Positions 55,109 through 64,000 of a DNA stretch of 64,000 nt are shown piece by piece (the first letter of the stretch is position 1; each line of letters begins with the position of its first letter). A program made the translations under genes and the position numbers. The stretch covers positions 4,480,001-4,544,000 of the forward strand of contig OZ251997.1 in NCBI GenBank assembly GCA_965247095.1, written 5' to 3'. Under the pieces are notes generated by a model that saw only the letters and a list, made by a program, of their open reading frames with translations, had not been told where the DNA came from and searched no databases. Origin of the DNA: Candidatus Multivorans sp. (GTDB taxonomy: Bacteria; Acidobacteriota; Thermoanaerobaculia; Multivoradales; Multivoraceae).

Positions 55109-55937
55109 GCGCCGGCGCCGCCGTTCCCGTCGGGGGGACTTGTCGCCGCGGGACATCGCGGTCGGCGCCGGCGCCGCGGTCCTTCTGGGTTTCGGGCTGG
55201 TCGTCATCGCGCGCCTCACGCTGTTCGCTCCGGGGCCGCCGAGCCGCGATCCCGAGACCGGGTGTCCGGAGACGGGGCCCGCGGCCCTGACCGCGATCCT
55301 CGTCGACACGACGGATCAGATCGGCGCCATCAGCCGCGCTGACGTCCTCGCGCAGCTTAACGAGTACGTCGAGACCAGCCGCGAGGACGAGTTGGTCCTG
55401 GCCTACGAAGCCAAGCCGGTCGGCGACGAAGTCGGCGATCCGCTGCTCTCCGTCTGCCATCCGGGCGATCCGGACACCGCCAGCGAGTGGACCGAGAACC
55501 CGCGGCTGATCAGGCGGCGCCTGGAAGAGCGGTTTGAGGCGCCGCTCGAGGACCTTTTCGCCGAACTGCTCGGGAGGGAGGAGGCGCCGACGTCGCCGCT
55601 GATGGAGAGCGTGCAGAGCGTGGCGGTTTCCGTTCTGGCCCGCTACGAGTACACGGACATCCCGAAGCGCCTCATCCTGGTCTCCGATCTGATGCAGAAC
55701 ACGGACCACCTCTCGTTCTTCCGCCAGGCGGTCGACTACGACGGCTTCACCGACACGGTCGGCGCCGATGCTCTGGGCACCGACCTGCGGGGGACGGCGG
55801 TCGAGATCCTGTACGTGCAGCGGGCCGCCCACCGCCGCCTGGAGGACGCGCGCGGCCTGATCGACTTCTGGCAGCGCTGGATCGAGGATCAGGGCGGCAC
55901 GCTGAATCGCGTCTCCCGCATCGACGGCGTGAACTGA
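55095..55937 (+). CDS. Membrane-anchored vWA-like protein
   Basis: Poly-Arg then one TM; ILVDTTD, SPLMES, LILVSDLMQN (degenerate MIDAS pattern); overlaps both neighbours. Confidence 0.65.
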   Translation: MVIRRRRRRRSRRGDLSPRDIAVGAGAAVLLGFGLVVIARLTLFAPGPPSRDPETGCPETGPAALTAILVDTTDQIGAISRADVLAQLNEYVETSREDELVLAYEAKPVGDEVGDPLLSVCHPGDPDTASEWTENPRLIRRRLEERFEAPLEDLFAELLGREEAPTSPLMESVQSVAVSVLARYEYTDIPKRLILVSDLMQNTDHLSFFRQAVDYDGFTDTVGADALGTDLRGTAVEILYVQRAAHRRLEDARGLIDFWQRWIEDQGGTLNRVSRIDGVN

Positions 55938-57139
55938 TGGCCCCGGGGTCGCGGTCACGGCCGGCCGGAGCGGCGCTGCCGAGTGGCCGCGGCCTGTTCC
56001 TCGCGTTCTTCCTGGGCGGCGGGTTGGCGATTCTGCTGATGAAGTGGCTGAGCGACAGTCCGATCTTCGCCGTCGTGCTGCCGATCCTGCTGATGGGCAG
56101 CTACGCCCTGCTGCTGGTTGAGTGGCCCGACCTGCGTCCGCGGTACGACTTCGCGGGCGACAACTTCTACTACCTCGGCTTCCTCTACACGCTGATGTCC
56201 CTGGCCATCTCGCTCTACCAGTTCAATACCGAGGGGGCGACGAGCGCGATCATCACCAACTTCGGTCTCGCTCTCACCAGTACGATCCTTGGGCTCGCAG
56301 GGCGCATCCTCCTGAATCAGCCGCAGGATGAGGGGGCAAGCGACGAGGAAACGCGTTCCCGCGAAGACCTGGCACGCGCGAACCGCCGTCTGCGAGCGGA
56401 GATGGAGTACTCGATCGACGAGTTCCAGCAGTTCCGGACCGAAGCGAAACGGGTGTTCGAGCAGCTCGACCAGGGCGTGAGCGCGGCGAGCGCGGCGCTC
56501 GGGCGGCAGATCGAACAGCTTCAAGGCGGCGCCGCGAGGTTCGGGGCGCTCAGGGAGCGGGTCGCGGAGGTCGATACGGCTGCCGCGGCTGCGGTCGGCG
56601 ACATCCAGGCTCAGCGCGCGCTGTTCGTTTCCGAGGCGCGGGGCGTGAGCGACTCGCTACGGCAGATGCTGGAGAACTTCCGCTCGGTCGACTTCCGTCG
56701 TGAGTTCATCGAGGAACTGATCGAGCCCACTTCGCAGCAGTTCCAGGGTCTGGCGAGGGAGTTCCTTTCCGTTGCGGAGGGCTTGCGGCGGCTGGAGGCG
56801 GGTCAGCTACGGGTCATGGAGCAGAACCAGAGCGCGGTGGCGCGGCTGGCGGAAATCCTCGAAGAGAACCGCCGCTTCTCCCAGGCGAACGCGCGGGCGG
56901 CGAACGGCTTCCGGAACGCGACGGACGCGCTCGTCTCGCTCAGAGCACACATTGATCGGTACAGCGAGGGGACTCGCGCGGTCGTCAACGAGCTTTCCGC
57001 GGCGCGGCGCCAGTTGCACGACGCACCGGAGCGGATGGAGGCGATGAACAGATCGCTGCTGCGAATGGCCGGGAGACTCGATGCCGTCGCCGAGGACGCC
57101 GAGCGCCGGCCCCCGGCGCAGAGCTGGAGCCCCTGGTGA
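55937..57139 (+). CDS. MotA/TolQ/ExbB/ZorA-like channel protein with long coiled-coil tail
   Basis: DNFYYLGFLYTLMSL..IITNFGLALTSTILGLAGRI resembles the MotA/ExbB TM pair; followed by about 270 aa of heptad-rich helix. Confidence 0.72.
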   Translation: MAPGSRSRPAGAALPSGRGLFLAFFLGGGLAILLMKWLSDSPIFAVVLPILLMGSYALLLVEWPDLRPRYDFAGDNFYYLGFLYTLMSLAISLYQFNTEGATSAIITNFGLALTSTILGLAGRILLNQPQDEGASDEETRSREDLARANRRLRAEMEYSIDEFQQFRTEAKRVFEQLDQGVSAASAALGRQIEQLQGGAARFGALRERVAEVDTAAAAAVGDIQAQRALFVSEARGVSDSLRQMLENFRSVDFRREFIEELIEPTSQQFQGLAREFLSVAEGLRRLEAGQLRVMEQNQSAVARLAEILEENRRFSQANARAANGFRNATDALVSLRAHIDRYSEGTRAVVNELSAARRQLHDAPERMEAMNRSLLRMAGRLDAVAEDAERRPPAQSWSPW

Positions 57140-57164
57140 CGGCGGGCTTTGCGGGCGGGTCTGC

Positions 57165-57193
57165 CCTGGGAACGCGGGCGTCTCGCCCGCATC
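57165..57193 (+). repeat. REP-like palindromic element (intergenic copy)
   Basis: CCTGGGAACGCGGGCGTCTCGCCCGCATC, identical over 29 bp to 17472-17500. Confidence 0.85.
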
Positions 57194-57232
57194 TGCATCA
57201 GGCCCTTCTGAGCTTCGGGCGGCAGTTCGGCG

Positions 57233-58303
57233 ATGCCGCGGCCTGAGGTGTCGGACCGCGGGCGGACGTTTCCGCGTGGCCTGGTCCTGGGTCTGACGAT
57301 GGCCGAGATCGTGATCCTGATCATCTTCGTGCTGCTGCTCGCCCTGGCCGCGCTGCTGGCGCGAGAGACGGACCAGCGGCGCAGCGCCGAGCAGGAACTG
57401 GTGCGCTTCGAGCAGATGGAGACCCTGTTCGAGGAGGAGAGGCTGCCCGAGGATCCGGCCGTGCTGCGTGCCGTGCTGCGAGAGCGAGTCGACGAACACG
57501 AGGACGCGGACAGTTGGCGCGAACTCCTGCGCGAGATCGAGACGGCGTTTCCGGAGCCGTCGGTGCAGCAGGTGGTGGAACGCATCCAGGAATCGACGAT
57601 CGGCCGCATGTCGCCGGCCGAGGCCGAGGAACTGCTGGCAGCTCACCAGGCGGTAGAGACGGCGGATGCCCACGCCGAACTCGCACGGGCGCTGCGGGAA
57701 GCGGAAGTCTCAGCGACCCCGGGCGAACTGCGCGAGATGTCCGAGGCGATGAACGCGGCCGCACGGAGGGGCATGTCGCCGTCCGAAGTCCGGCAGGCGA
57801 TCGAGAGCCGGGACGCGATGGAGGCGGCCGGCACTGATCCTGCTGCGCTCGCCGAACAGCTCGGTCGAGCCCGGGAGCGGATCGAGAGGTTGGAGGCCCA
57901 GGCGAGGGCGCGGGGCGGCGGCGGTACGGACCATCCGAGCTGCTGGTACGACCGCGACGGCACGGTCGCCTACCTGTTCGATGTCGCGCTGGCGCCCGGC
58001 GGTTTCGTCGTGGCCATGGCCCGTGCTCCCGAGCACGAGGCCGAGCGCAAGCTGCTTCCGGTCGGGGCGGTCCAGACCAGCCGGCTGCTCACCGAAGCCC
58101 AGTTTCTGCGCCAGACCCGCCCTGTCTACGAGTGGAGCGTCGAGCGCCGGTGCCGGTTCTTCGTCAGGGCATTCGATCTTGTCGCCGCCGACCAGAAGGA
58201 ACTCTACAAACGGCGGATGCTGGTGCTCGAATCGCGCTTCTACAAGAACGCGAACCCGACCGGCGGCCTGCCTGCGGGCTTGCGGCGCGGCGGGAGTCGC
58301 TAG
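57233..58303 (+). CDS. MotB/ZorB-like single-TM protein with coiled coil and non-OmpA C-terminal domain
   Basis: GLVLGLTMAEIVILIIFVLLLAL TM with an acidic residue at the MotB Asp-like position; long helix; C-term GTDHPSCW..YLFDV..CRFFV..D..LESRFYK. Confidence 0.65.
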   Translation: MPRPEVSDRGRTFPRGLVLGLTMAEIVILIIFVLLLALAALLARETDQRRSAEQELVRFEQMETLFEEERLPEDPAVLRAVLRERVDEHEDADSWRELLREIETAFPEPSVQQVVERIQESTIGRMSPAEAEELLAAHQAVETADAHAELARALREAEVSATPGELREMSEAMNAAARRGMSPSEVRQAIESRDAMEAAGTDPAALAEQLGRARERIERLEAQARARGGGGTDHPSCWYDRDGTVAYLFDVALAPGGFVVAMARAPEHEAERKLLPVGAVQTSRLLTEAQFLRQTRPVYEWSVERRCRFFVRAFDLVAADQKELYKRRMLVLESRFYKNANPTGGLPAGLRRGGSR

Positions 58304-58388
58304 GGCTAAGGGAGCGCGGCAGAACGATCCGCCCTTGGGAACGCGGGAGCGTCGACATCCGCGCCCGGGCCGTCGATCCGTAGTCTAC

Positions 58389-59354
58389 TCAGCCGGCGTG
58401 CCGCCGGGCCCGGCGCACGAAGTCGTCGGCGTCGCGGCATTCCCAGGCCAGGCGGATGATCGCGGCCGCGTCCGGGGCCTGGTCGACTTCTTCGAGCCAC
58501 GTCCGCAGAGCCGGCGTGATCGCCAGAGCGCGCGCGGCGAACGCGTCGCGTACCGCGCTCCGCACGATGTCCAGGCGCTCCTCGGCGCGGCTCTCAGCTC
58601 GTTCCCGGTGCAGCAGGGGGTCGTCGTCGGGACCCGTTCCGTCGACCGCCGCGAGTGCGTCGGCTACAAGCCGCAGCACGTCGACGGTCGTCGCCGACAC
58701 CGCGGGCTCGTTGAGTGCCCGGTGGATCTCCTCGGCCGTCCAGCCGGGGAATGCCCGGCTCGACGTCGCCCCGACGTACCGGCCGCCCTCCAGTAGGTGA
58801 ATCGTCACGCCGGACCGGCGGGACTTGGGGCGGTAGCTCCAACTGGCGTCCGGCACTTCGATCCAGACCTCCGGGAAGCCCCAGGACTCGTAGATGCCGA
58901 GCTTGCGCCGCCTCGCGTCGGTGCTGTAGTCGACTTCCAGGACGACATCCGGCAGGTGGTCCGCGCTCCGCTCGATCTCCTTGCCGTGGGGCCGCGTCGC
59001 GGCCGGATGCAGGTAGACGACCTGGTCAGCGTTCAGGAGGCGCTGCCGCGTGCCGTCCGCGTCCCGCACCGCGAGGTCCGATGCGCCGATCACGTCGATC
59101 GGCGAACCGCGCCTCATCGCGATCCTCTCGATCAGGCGTGCGAGGCGCTGAGCTCCGTACTCGTGGTAGGTGGTCGTCGGTTCCGCGATGAACGCGGCCT
59201 CGTTGCGCGCGTCCCAGTACTCGATGCGGCCGTCGTAGTCCTCGATCGCATCGCGTGGGATCCGCACCTTGCGGCAGCCTGGGAAGTCGTCAGCCCGGGG
59301 CGGCGGTCCGTCGTCCGGAATCTGTTCGGCTGGCATGGAAACCGGTTCAGCCAT
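58389..59354 (-). CDS. Uma2/DUF820-like endonuclease (copy 3)
   Basis: PDVVLEVDYSTDA..KLGIYESWGFPEVWI; degenerate AESRAEER tail. Confidence 0.85.
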   Translation of the reverse strand: MAEPVSMPAEQIPDDGPPPRADDFPGCRKVRIPRDAIEDYDGRIEYWDARNEAAFIAEPTTTYHEYGAQRLARLIERIAMRRGSPIDVIGASDLAVRDADGTRQRLLNADQVVYLHPAATRPHGKEIERSADHLPDVVLEVDYSTDARRRKLGIYESWGFPEVWIEVPDASWSYRPKSRRSGVTIHLLEGGRYVGATSSRAFPGWTAEEIHRALNEPAVSATTVDVLRLVADALAAVDGTGPDDDPLLHRERAESRAEERLDIVRSAVRDAFAARALAITPALRTWLEEVDQAPDAAAIIRLAWECRDADDFVRRARRHAG

Positions 59355-59411
59355 GTACCGAGTCTATGCGGGGAACAGCAACGATGGCGGGACCCGGTCG
59401 CGGCGCGGCGC

Positions 59412-60266
59412 TCAAGCTGAAGGAGGGTACTCCGCGAAACACGGAATGCTCTCGTCGAGAGCGCTCCACGGGGCCTTCGAACGGACAAAGATGTTCACGG
59501 CCGCCCGGATGCCCGGATCGGCGTCCAGCGACCCGGCTGGCGCCTGGACCTGCCCGGGCTCCCTGAGCCGGGGAACCAGGCTGCCGCAGTGACGGCAGAA
59601 CGCGGTGCCCTTCACGCGCGCCTCGGGCAGCTTGAAGTCGACCACGGAGTCCCGGCCGCTCAGCCAGCGGAAGGCGTCTTCCTTGACGAAGACGAACGTG
59701 CCGTAGGCGGCGCCCGTCTGCCGGCGGCAGCGGGAGCAGTGGCAGTTGACCATCCGCTCCGGCGGCCCGTCGAACTCGTAGGTCACCTCACCGCAGAGAC
59801 AACTCCCTGGGGTGGCGCCCGGCGTGGCGCTCTGGCGCGCCGGCTTTGCGATGCCGGGCGGAGCGTTCCATTCGGGCGGATACTCGTCGTGCTGGGGGAG
59901 GTCGTCGACGATCGTGTGCCAGGGCGCCCTGGCGCCGGCGAAGATATGGAGTGTCGGCCGGATGCCCGGGTCCTCAGCGACGCCGCCCATGGTCACCAGC
60001 GACACGGGCCCGCCTTCGGGATTCGCCGGGACCGCTGAACCGCAGCGCGGGCAGAAGTGGCGGAAGCCGTGCGGCGAGGACTGGTAGTGAACGATCTTCG
60101 TCTCGCCGTGCGTCCATCGGAAGAACTTCGGATCGACGGCGCCGAAGGTGGCGTACGCCGAGCCGTGGATCTTTCTGCACACCGAACAGTGGCAGTGGGC
60201 GATCTCGATCAGATCGCCGTCGACCTCGAATGCGATGTCTCCGCAGAGACAGGTGCCGGTGAGCAT
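59412..60266 (-). CDS. Tandem GFA (Mss4-like, glutathione-dependent formaldehyde-activating family) protein
   Basis: Two copies of G.CLCG..CHCS.C..FC..CGS. Confidence 0.92.
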   Translation of the reverse strand: MLTGTCLCGDIAFEVDGDLIEIAHCHCSVCRKIHGSAYATFGAVDPKFFRWTHGETKIVHYQSSPHGFRHFCPRCGSAVPANPEGGPVSLVTMGGVAEDPGIRPTLHIFAGARAPWHTIVDDLPQHDEYPPEWNAPPGIAKPARQSATPGATPGSCLCGEVTYEFDGPPERMVNCHCSRCRRQTGAAYGTFVFVKEDAFRWLSGRDSVVDFKLPEARVKGTAFCRHCGSLVPRLREPGQVQAPAGSLDADPGIRAAVNIFVRSKAPWSALDESIPCFAEYPPSA

Positions 60267-60532
60267 GACTCAACTGTCCGTGCCGGACGGTCGGCTTCGG
60301 GCGGGCAAGTTGTAGTAGTGCGTGTCTGCCTCGTCGCGAGAGCCGGGATGGGAGCCTGCGAGCGTACCCCATTCACCATGTGGTGACCCGACTCCGCTAC
60401 CAAGGCAGTGGCGCACCTTCCCCGGGCAGACACAAGGGCTGCCCGCAAGGGGCACATGGAAGCTGCGCCGTCCCAAAAATACCACGTTGGCGGCTGCTTG
60501 TGAGTTGCCCCAAAAGGGTTGGCCAGTTCTCG

Positions 60533-61198
60533 CTACCGTTTCGAGCGCAACAGCGCGGCGCAGACGCCGCACAGTTCGTAGCTCTGGAGAGCCTCGTCCC
60601 GCGGCATCGGGATCCTGCTGTTGCTCAGGAAACGGCAGCCGTCCAGATGGTATTTCGTGCCGGTCTTCGTGACGTAGACGGTTTTGGGAAGGCCCGCTGG
60701 TGCATCCCGCGAACTGCCGGCGCTCCCGCCGACGGCGGTCCCCCACAGGCCCCGGCGGCTCGTTCTCGCTTCCCGCTCGAGTTGGCGGAACCGCTCCAGG
60801 TGGCGGAAGGGAAAGCGGGTGTAGGCGTGGCCGTAGCCGCGGCGGATGATCTCCGCGTTCGCGAACGTGCCGTCGGTGAGATAGACGTAGGCCAGGGTGC
60901 GGCCATAGCGGTCCTGGCGCTCCTGGTCGTACTCGAGACGGACGCGCTTGCCCTCGAGCATTCTCTTCGTGAAGGCGCTGGCCTCCTTGCCGAAGAACTC
61001 GACCGGCCTGTTGGGGTGGACGGTCTCCGGCGTGTCGACGCCGATCAGGCGCACGCTGCCGATGCCCTGCACGATGATCGTGTCGCCGTCGACCACCCGC
61101 TCGACGACCTGGCCGACGGCCGGTGCGGCCACCAGAGCCGCAAGCAGGAGCCCGATCCGGCAGCGGGCGGAGAACGGCGTGGGGATAGGGGTGCGCAC
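60533..61198 (-). CDS. Thermonuclease (SNase-like) with C-terminal Cys/His metal-binding domain
   Basis: VVDGDT, VRLIGVDTPE, DRYGRTLAY, RRGLW; tail VYVTKTGTKYH..C..L..CGVC. Confidence 0.92.
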   Translation of the reverse strand: MRTPIPTPFSARCRIGLLLAALVAAPAVGQVVERVVDGDTIIVQGIGSVRLIGVDTPETVHPNRPVEFFGKEASAFTKRMLEGKRVRLEYDQERQDRYGRTLAYVYLTDGTFANAEIIRRGYGHAYTRFPFRHLERFRQLEREARTSRRGLWGTAVGGSAGSSRDAPAGLPKTVYVTKTGTKYHLDGCRFLSNSRIPMPRDEALQSYELCGVCAALLRSKR

Positions 61199-61409
61199 GT
61201 TGCACGAGCGCGGCGGCAGACCGCATGGCGGACCCCGCCGGCCGGGCCGAAGTCGAACGAATTGAGGGGGTTGCGGGGTTCATTCTCTTCCTTGCTCGGC
61301 GCCTTGTCCAGCGGATGCGCTTGCCGGCTGCCTGTCGGCTTGACACCCTAACGAGCGACGCGCTAGTGGGGCGTCCCGAAGGACCTCTTCGGACTGGTAG
61401 GTTCCCTCC

Positions 61410-62996
61410 ATGCGATCTGGTGCGGCAGTGGCAGCGTTCAACGCTGCGGTCTGCCTGCTGCCGCTGCCGCTCGCAGCCGAGGATGGTGGCGGCGCCGACG
61501 ATACTCACGTCGTGGTCGCCTTCGCGGCGGAGCCGACGCAGATCGACCCCACCCGCACGTCGGCGGGCGTCGACCAGTACTTCATGGCCCTGTTCTACGA
61601 GCAGCTACTGGCCACGAATCCGGACCTCAAGCAGCAGAACTGGCTGGCCGAGTCGTGGCGGTTGTTCGAGCGCGACGGCGTCTGGCTCATCGGCGTCGAG
61701 TTGCGGCGCGGCGTCCGATTCCACAACGGGGAGGAACTGACGGCGCACGACCTCCGGTACTGCTACCTCCGCCAGCGCGATCCGAGTGTGTCGCGCCAGG
61801 CCGGGCGCTGGCGGCACGTCGCCGATGTCCGGGTGCTGGGCGACTACGAGCTGGAGATCGTTTTCAAGGGCCTGCCCGACTCGGCGCTGCTGCCCCTGAA
61901 CCTCGACCTGTGGGCGATTCCGCGCCGCTACTACGAGGAGGTCGGCGACGAAGGGGTGCAGGCGCATCCGATCGGCACCGGGCCGTGGAAGTTCGTGTCG
62001 CGCAGGCTGCGCGAGGAGATCGTGGTAGAGCGGTTCGACGACTACTGGAAGCCCGATTCGCTGCCGAGCATCCGCCGCCTGACGATCAAGATCATCCCCG
62101 AGGACACGACCAGGGTCGCCGCCTTCAAGACCGGCGCGGTCGACTGGATCGACGCGGTGCCTCCAGCCCAGGTCGAAGACTTCGAACGCATGCCCGGGGT
62201 GGAGGTGGCGTCGCTTCCGACCGCGAACAACCTTTTTCTGGCACTGAACGCCCTCGATCGGAGGAGCCCGTTGGCCGATGTCCGGGTGCGCCGGGCGGTG
62301 GCGCACGCCATCGACTTCGACGCGATCATCAAGTACATCCTCCACGGACAGGGCATCCGGACCGTGCAGTTGACGCCGGGAGCGCCGGGACACGACCCCG
62401 CGCTCAAGCCCTACGCCTTCGATCCGGAACGCTCACGTGAGTTGTTGCGTCAGGCCGGCTACGGCCGCGGCATCAACGTGAATTGCTACAACCTGACCAC
62501 GCCGCGCGAGCCGTATCTGAAGGAAGTCGGCGAGGCGATGTTCGCCTACCTGACAGCGGCCGGCATTCGCTGCCGGATCGTCCAGCTCGAGTACGGCGCC
62601 TGGATCAACCTCGGCCGCCGCGACGCCCGGCCCGAGATGGACGGCATCGCGAGCTGGATGTGGGGCCACGGCACGTTGGGCGATCCGACGGACCCGTGGT
62701 CCGGGCACCTGCATTCGTACGGCGATGGTTGGGGCTGGTACTCGTACCACGACGATCCCGAGTTGGACGAGATGGTCGAGACCCTGCGCGTCACCGTCGA
62801 ACCGGAGGCGAAGCAGGCTCTGATTCGGGAGATTGCGCGGCTCAAGCACGAGCGGGTCGCCGGTGGCGTGCCGACCTACCGGCCGCTCGTGACCCTGGCC
62901 TGGCGCGACACGCTTCGCTTCAGGCCCTGGCCGCAGGCGAATTGGCGGATGATGCGGGACATCGGCTTGGCGAGGGCCGAAGCGCCGGTCCGTTGA
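61410..62996 (+). CDS. ABC transporter substrate-binding protein, family 5 (Dpp/Opp-like)
   Basis: LAESW, LRRGVRFHNG, PIGTGPW, RFDDYW, VRRAVAHAID. Confidence 0.93.
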   Translation: MRSGAAVAAFNAAVCLLPLPLAAEDGGGADDTHVVVAFAAEPTQIDPTRTSAGVDQYFMALFYEQLLATNPDLKQQNWLAESWRLFERDGVWLIGVELRRGVRFHNGEELTAHDLRYCYLRQRDPSVSRQAGRWRHVADVRVLGDYELEIVFKGLPDSALLPLNLDLWAIPRRYYEEVGDEGVQAHPIGTGPWKFVSRRLREEIVVERFDDYWKPDSLPSIRRLTIKIIPEDTTRVAAFKTGAVDWIDAVPPAQVEDFERMPGVEVASLPTANNLFLALNALDRRSPLADVRVRRAVAHAIDFDAIIKYILHGQGIRTVQLTPGAPGHDPALKPYAFDPERSRELLRQAGYGRGINVNCYNLTTPREPYLKEVGEAMFAYLTAAGIRCRIVQLEYGAWINLGRRDARPEMDGIASWMWGHGTLGDPTDPWSGHLHSYGDGWGWYSYHDDPELDEMVETLRVTVEPEAKQALIREIARLKHERVAGGVPTYRPLVTLAWRDTLRFRPWPQANWRMMRDIGLARAEAPVR

Positions 62997-63009
62997 CCGC
63001 GGCGGAGCG

Positions 63010-63927
63010 ATGCGCGCCTACCTGATCCGCCGGCTCTGGCAGGGCGCGGTGGCCGTGCTCGGCGCCTTGGTGATCGTCTTCGTGGCGCAGCGGCTGGCCG
63101 GCGATCCGGTGGCCCTGCTGCTGCCGATGGAGGCCTCCGAGGAGGACTTCGCGGCGATGCGCGAGGCGCTGGGGCTCGACCGTCCGCTGCCGGTCCAGTT
63201 CCTCGTCTTCCTGCGGGACGCGTTCACCGGCGACTTCGGCGAGTCGTACCAGTGGCAGGCGCCGGCGATGCCGCTGCTGCTCGAGCGCCTGCCGGCCACC
63301 CTCGAACTGGCCTTCGCGGGGCTGGTCTTCGCGCTTCTCCTGGCCGTGCCCCTGGGGGTGTTGTCGGCGGTTTACCGCGGCCGCTGGGTGGACCGGCTCG
63401 CGAAGGTGCTGGCGCTTCTCGGTCAGGCGATGCCGGGCTTCTGGGTCGGCCTGCTGCTGATTCTGTACGTGGCGGTGCGGCTCCAGTGGCTGCCGGCCTT
63501 CGGCCGTGGCGGGCCGCTTCACCTCGTGTTGCCGGCGATCGCCCTCGGCTGGTACCCGGTCGCGGCGATGACCCGCACCCTGCGTTCGTCGATGCTGGAC
63601 ATCCTCGACAGCGACTACATCCGCACGGGACGGGTGATGGGGCTGCCCGAGCGCACCGTGATCTGGCGCTACGCGCTCCGCAACGCGGCCGTGCCCCTGG
63701 CGACGATGATCGGCGTCTACTTCGCCAACATGCTGGGCGGCGCCTTTGTGATCGAGGTCGTGTTCGCCTGGCCGGGCGTCGGCCGCACCGTGGTCGACGC
63801 CGTGTTCGCCCGCGACTTCCCGGTCGTGCAGGCCGGGGTCCTGCTCTCGGCGGTCATCTTCGTCGTCGTGAACCTCCTGGTCGACCTGAGCTACGGGCTG
63901 ATCGACCCGAGGATCCGCCATGGCTGA
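63010..63927 (+). CDS. ABC transporter permease (DppB/OppB-like)
   Basis: GLDRPL..Q, RLPATLEL, RSSML..DYIRT, ALRNA, DPRIR. Confidence 0.95.
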   Translation: MRAYLIRRLWQGAVAVLGALVIVFVAQRLAGDPVALLLPMEASEEDFAAMREALGLDRPLPVQFLVFLRDAFTGDFGESYQWQAPAMPLLLERLPATLELAFAGLVFALLLAVPLGVLSAVYRGRWVDRLAKVLALLGQAMPGFWVGLLLILYVAVRLQWLPAFGRGGPLHLVLPAIALGWYPVAAMTRTLRSSMLDILDSDYIRTGRVMGLPERTVIWRYALRNAAVPLATMIGVYFANMLGGAFVIEVVFAWPGVGRTVVDAVFARDFPVVQAGVLLSAVIFVVVNLLVDLSYGLIDPRIRHG

Positions 63928-64000
63928 CCGGCTTGGCGAAGCGATACGGGTGCTTCTGTGAAGAAGTTCGTCGACAACCGGCGGATTCCCGTTGTCTCGT
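63920..64000 (+). CDS. Probable start of a DppC-like permease, truncated by window edge
   Basis: Position and operon logic. The ATG 63920 frame stops after 13 codons, but the GTG 63958 frame (VKKFVDNRRIPVVS) stays open. Confidence 0.35.

Noticed and set aside
53720-58303. Canonical Zorya, flagellar MotAB or ExbBD/TolQR
   Set aside because: No OmpA-like domain in the B subunit, no recognisable ZorC/D/E/F/G, and no TonB, TolA or flagellar genes nearby.

Overview
High-GC bacterial window, most likely from an Acidobacteriota-like genome (inferred from gene content: several SSS symporters, PQQ-type beta-propeller enzymes, three Uma2-type paralogues). Bases 1-6950 are a visibly more AT-rich, minus-strand defence operon with a canonical sigma70 promoter: XRE-HTH/IrrE peptidase, PIN protein, 4-TM protein, metallo-beta-lactamase (MBL) and a Prok-E2/E1(ThiF) fusion that runs off the left edge. 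The last two genes match the 6A-MBL ubiquitin-like anti-phage architecture. The MBL gene is split by an IS1634-family element (13-bp TIRs, 6-bp TSD) and has two frameshifts. The middle of the window is mostly catabolic and transport genes. It also holds a vapBC pair, a RES-Xre toxin-antitoxin relic, a UGSC-family selenoprotein (in-frame UGA plus SECIS-like hairpin, missed by the ORF track), a SMUG1-type UDG, a sulfite/nitrite reductase, and a cytochrome c/PQQ-ADH/Cu-monooxygenase-like cluster. The best candidate for an undescribed system is a four-gene membrane operon at 53720-58303: a 4-TM coiled-coil protein, a membrane-anchored vWA-like protein, a ZorA/MotA-like channel with a long tail, and a MotB/ZorB-like partner lacking an OmpA domain. 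A REP-like palindrome occurs intergenically and in-frame inside two unrelated proteins, and many genes show a leaderless-mRNA signature. No rRNA, tRNA or CRISPR array was seen. All family calls come from motif recognition by eye; no database searches were run.
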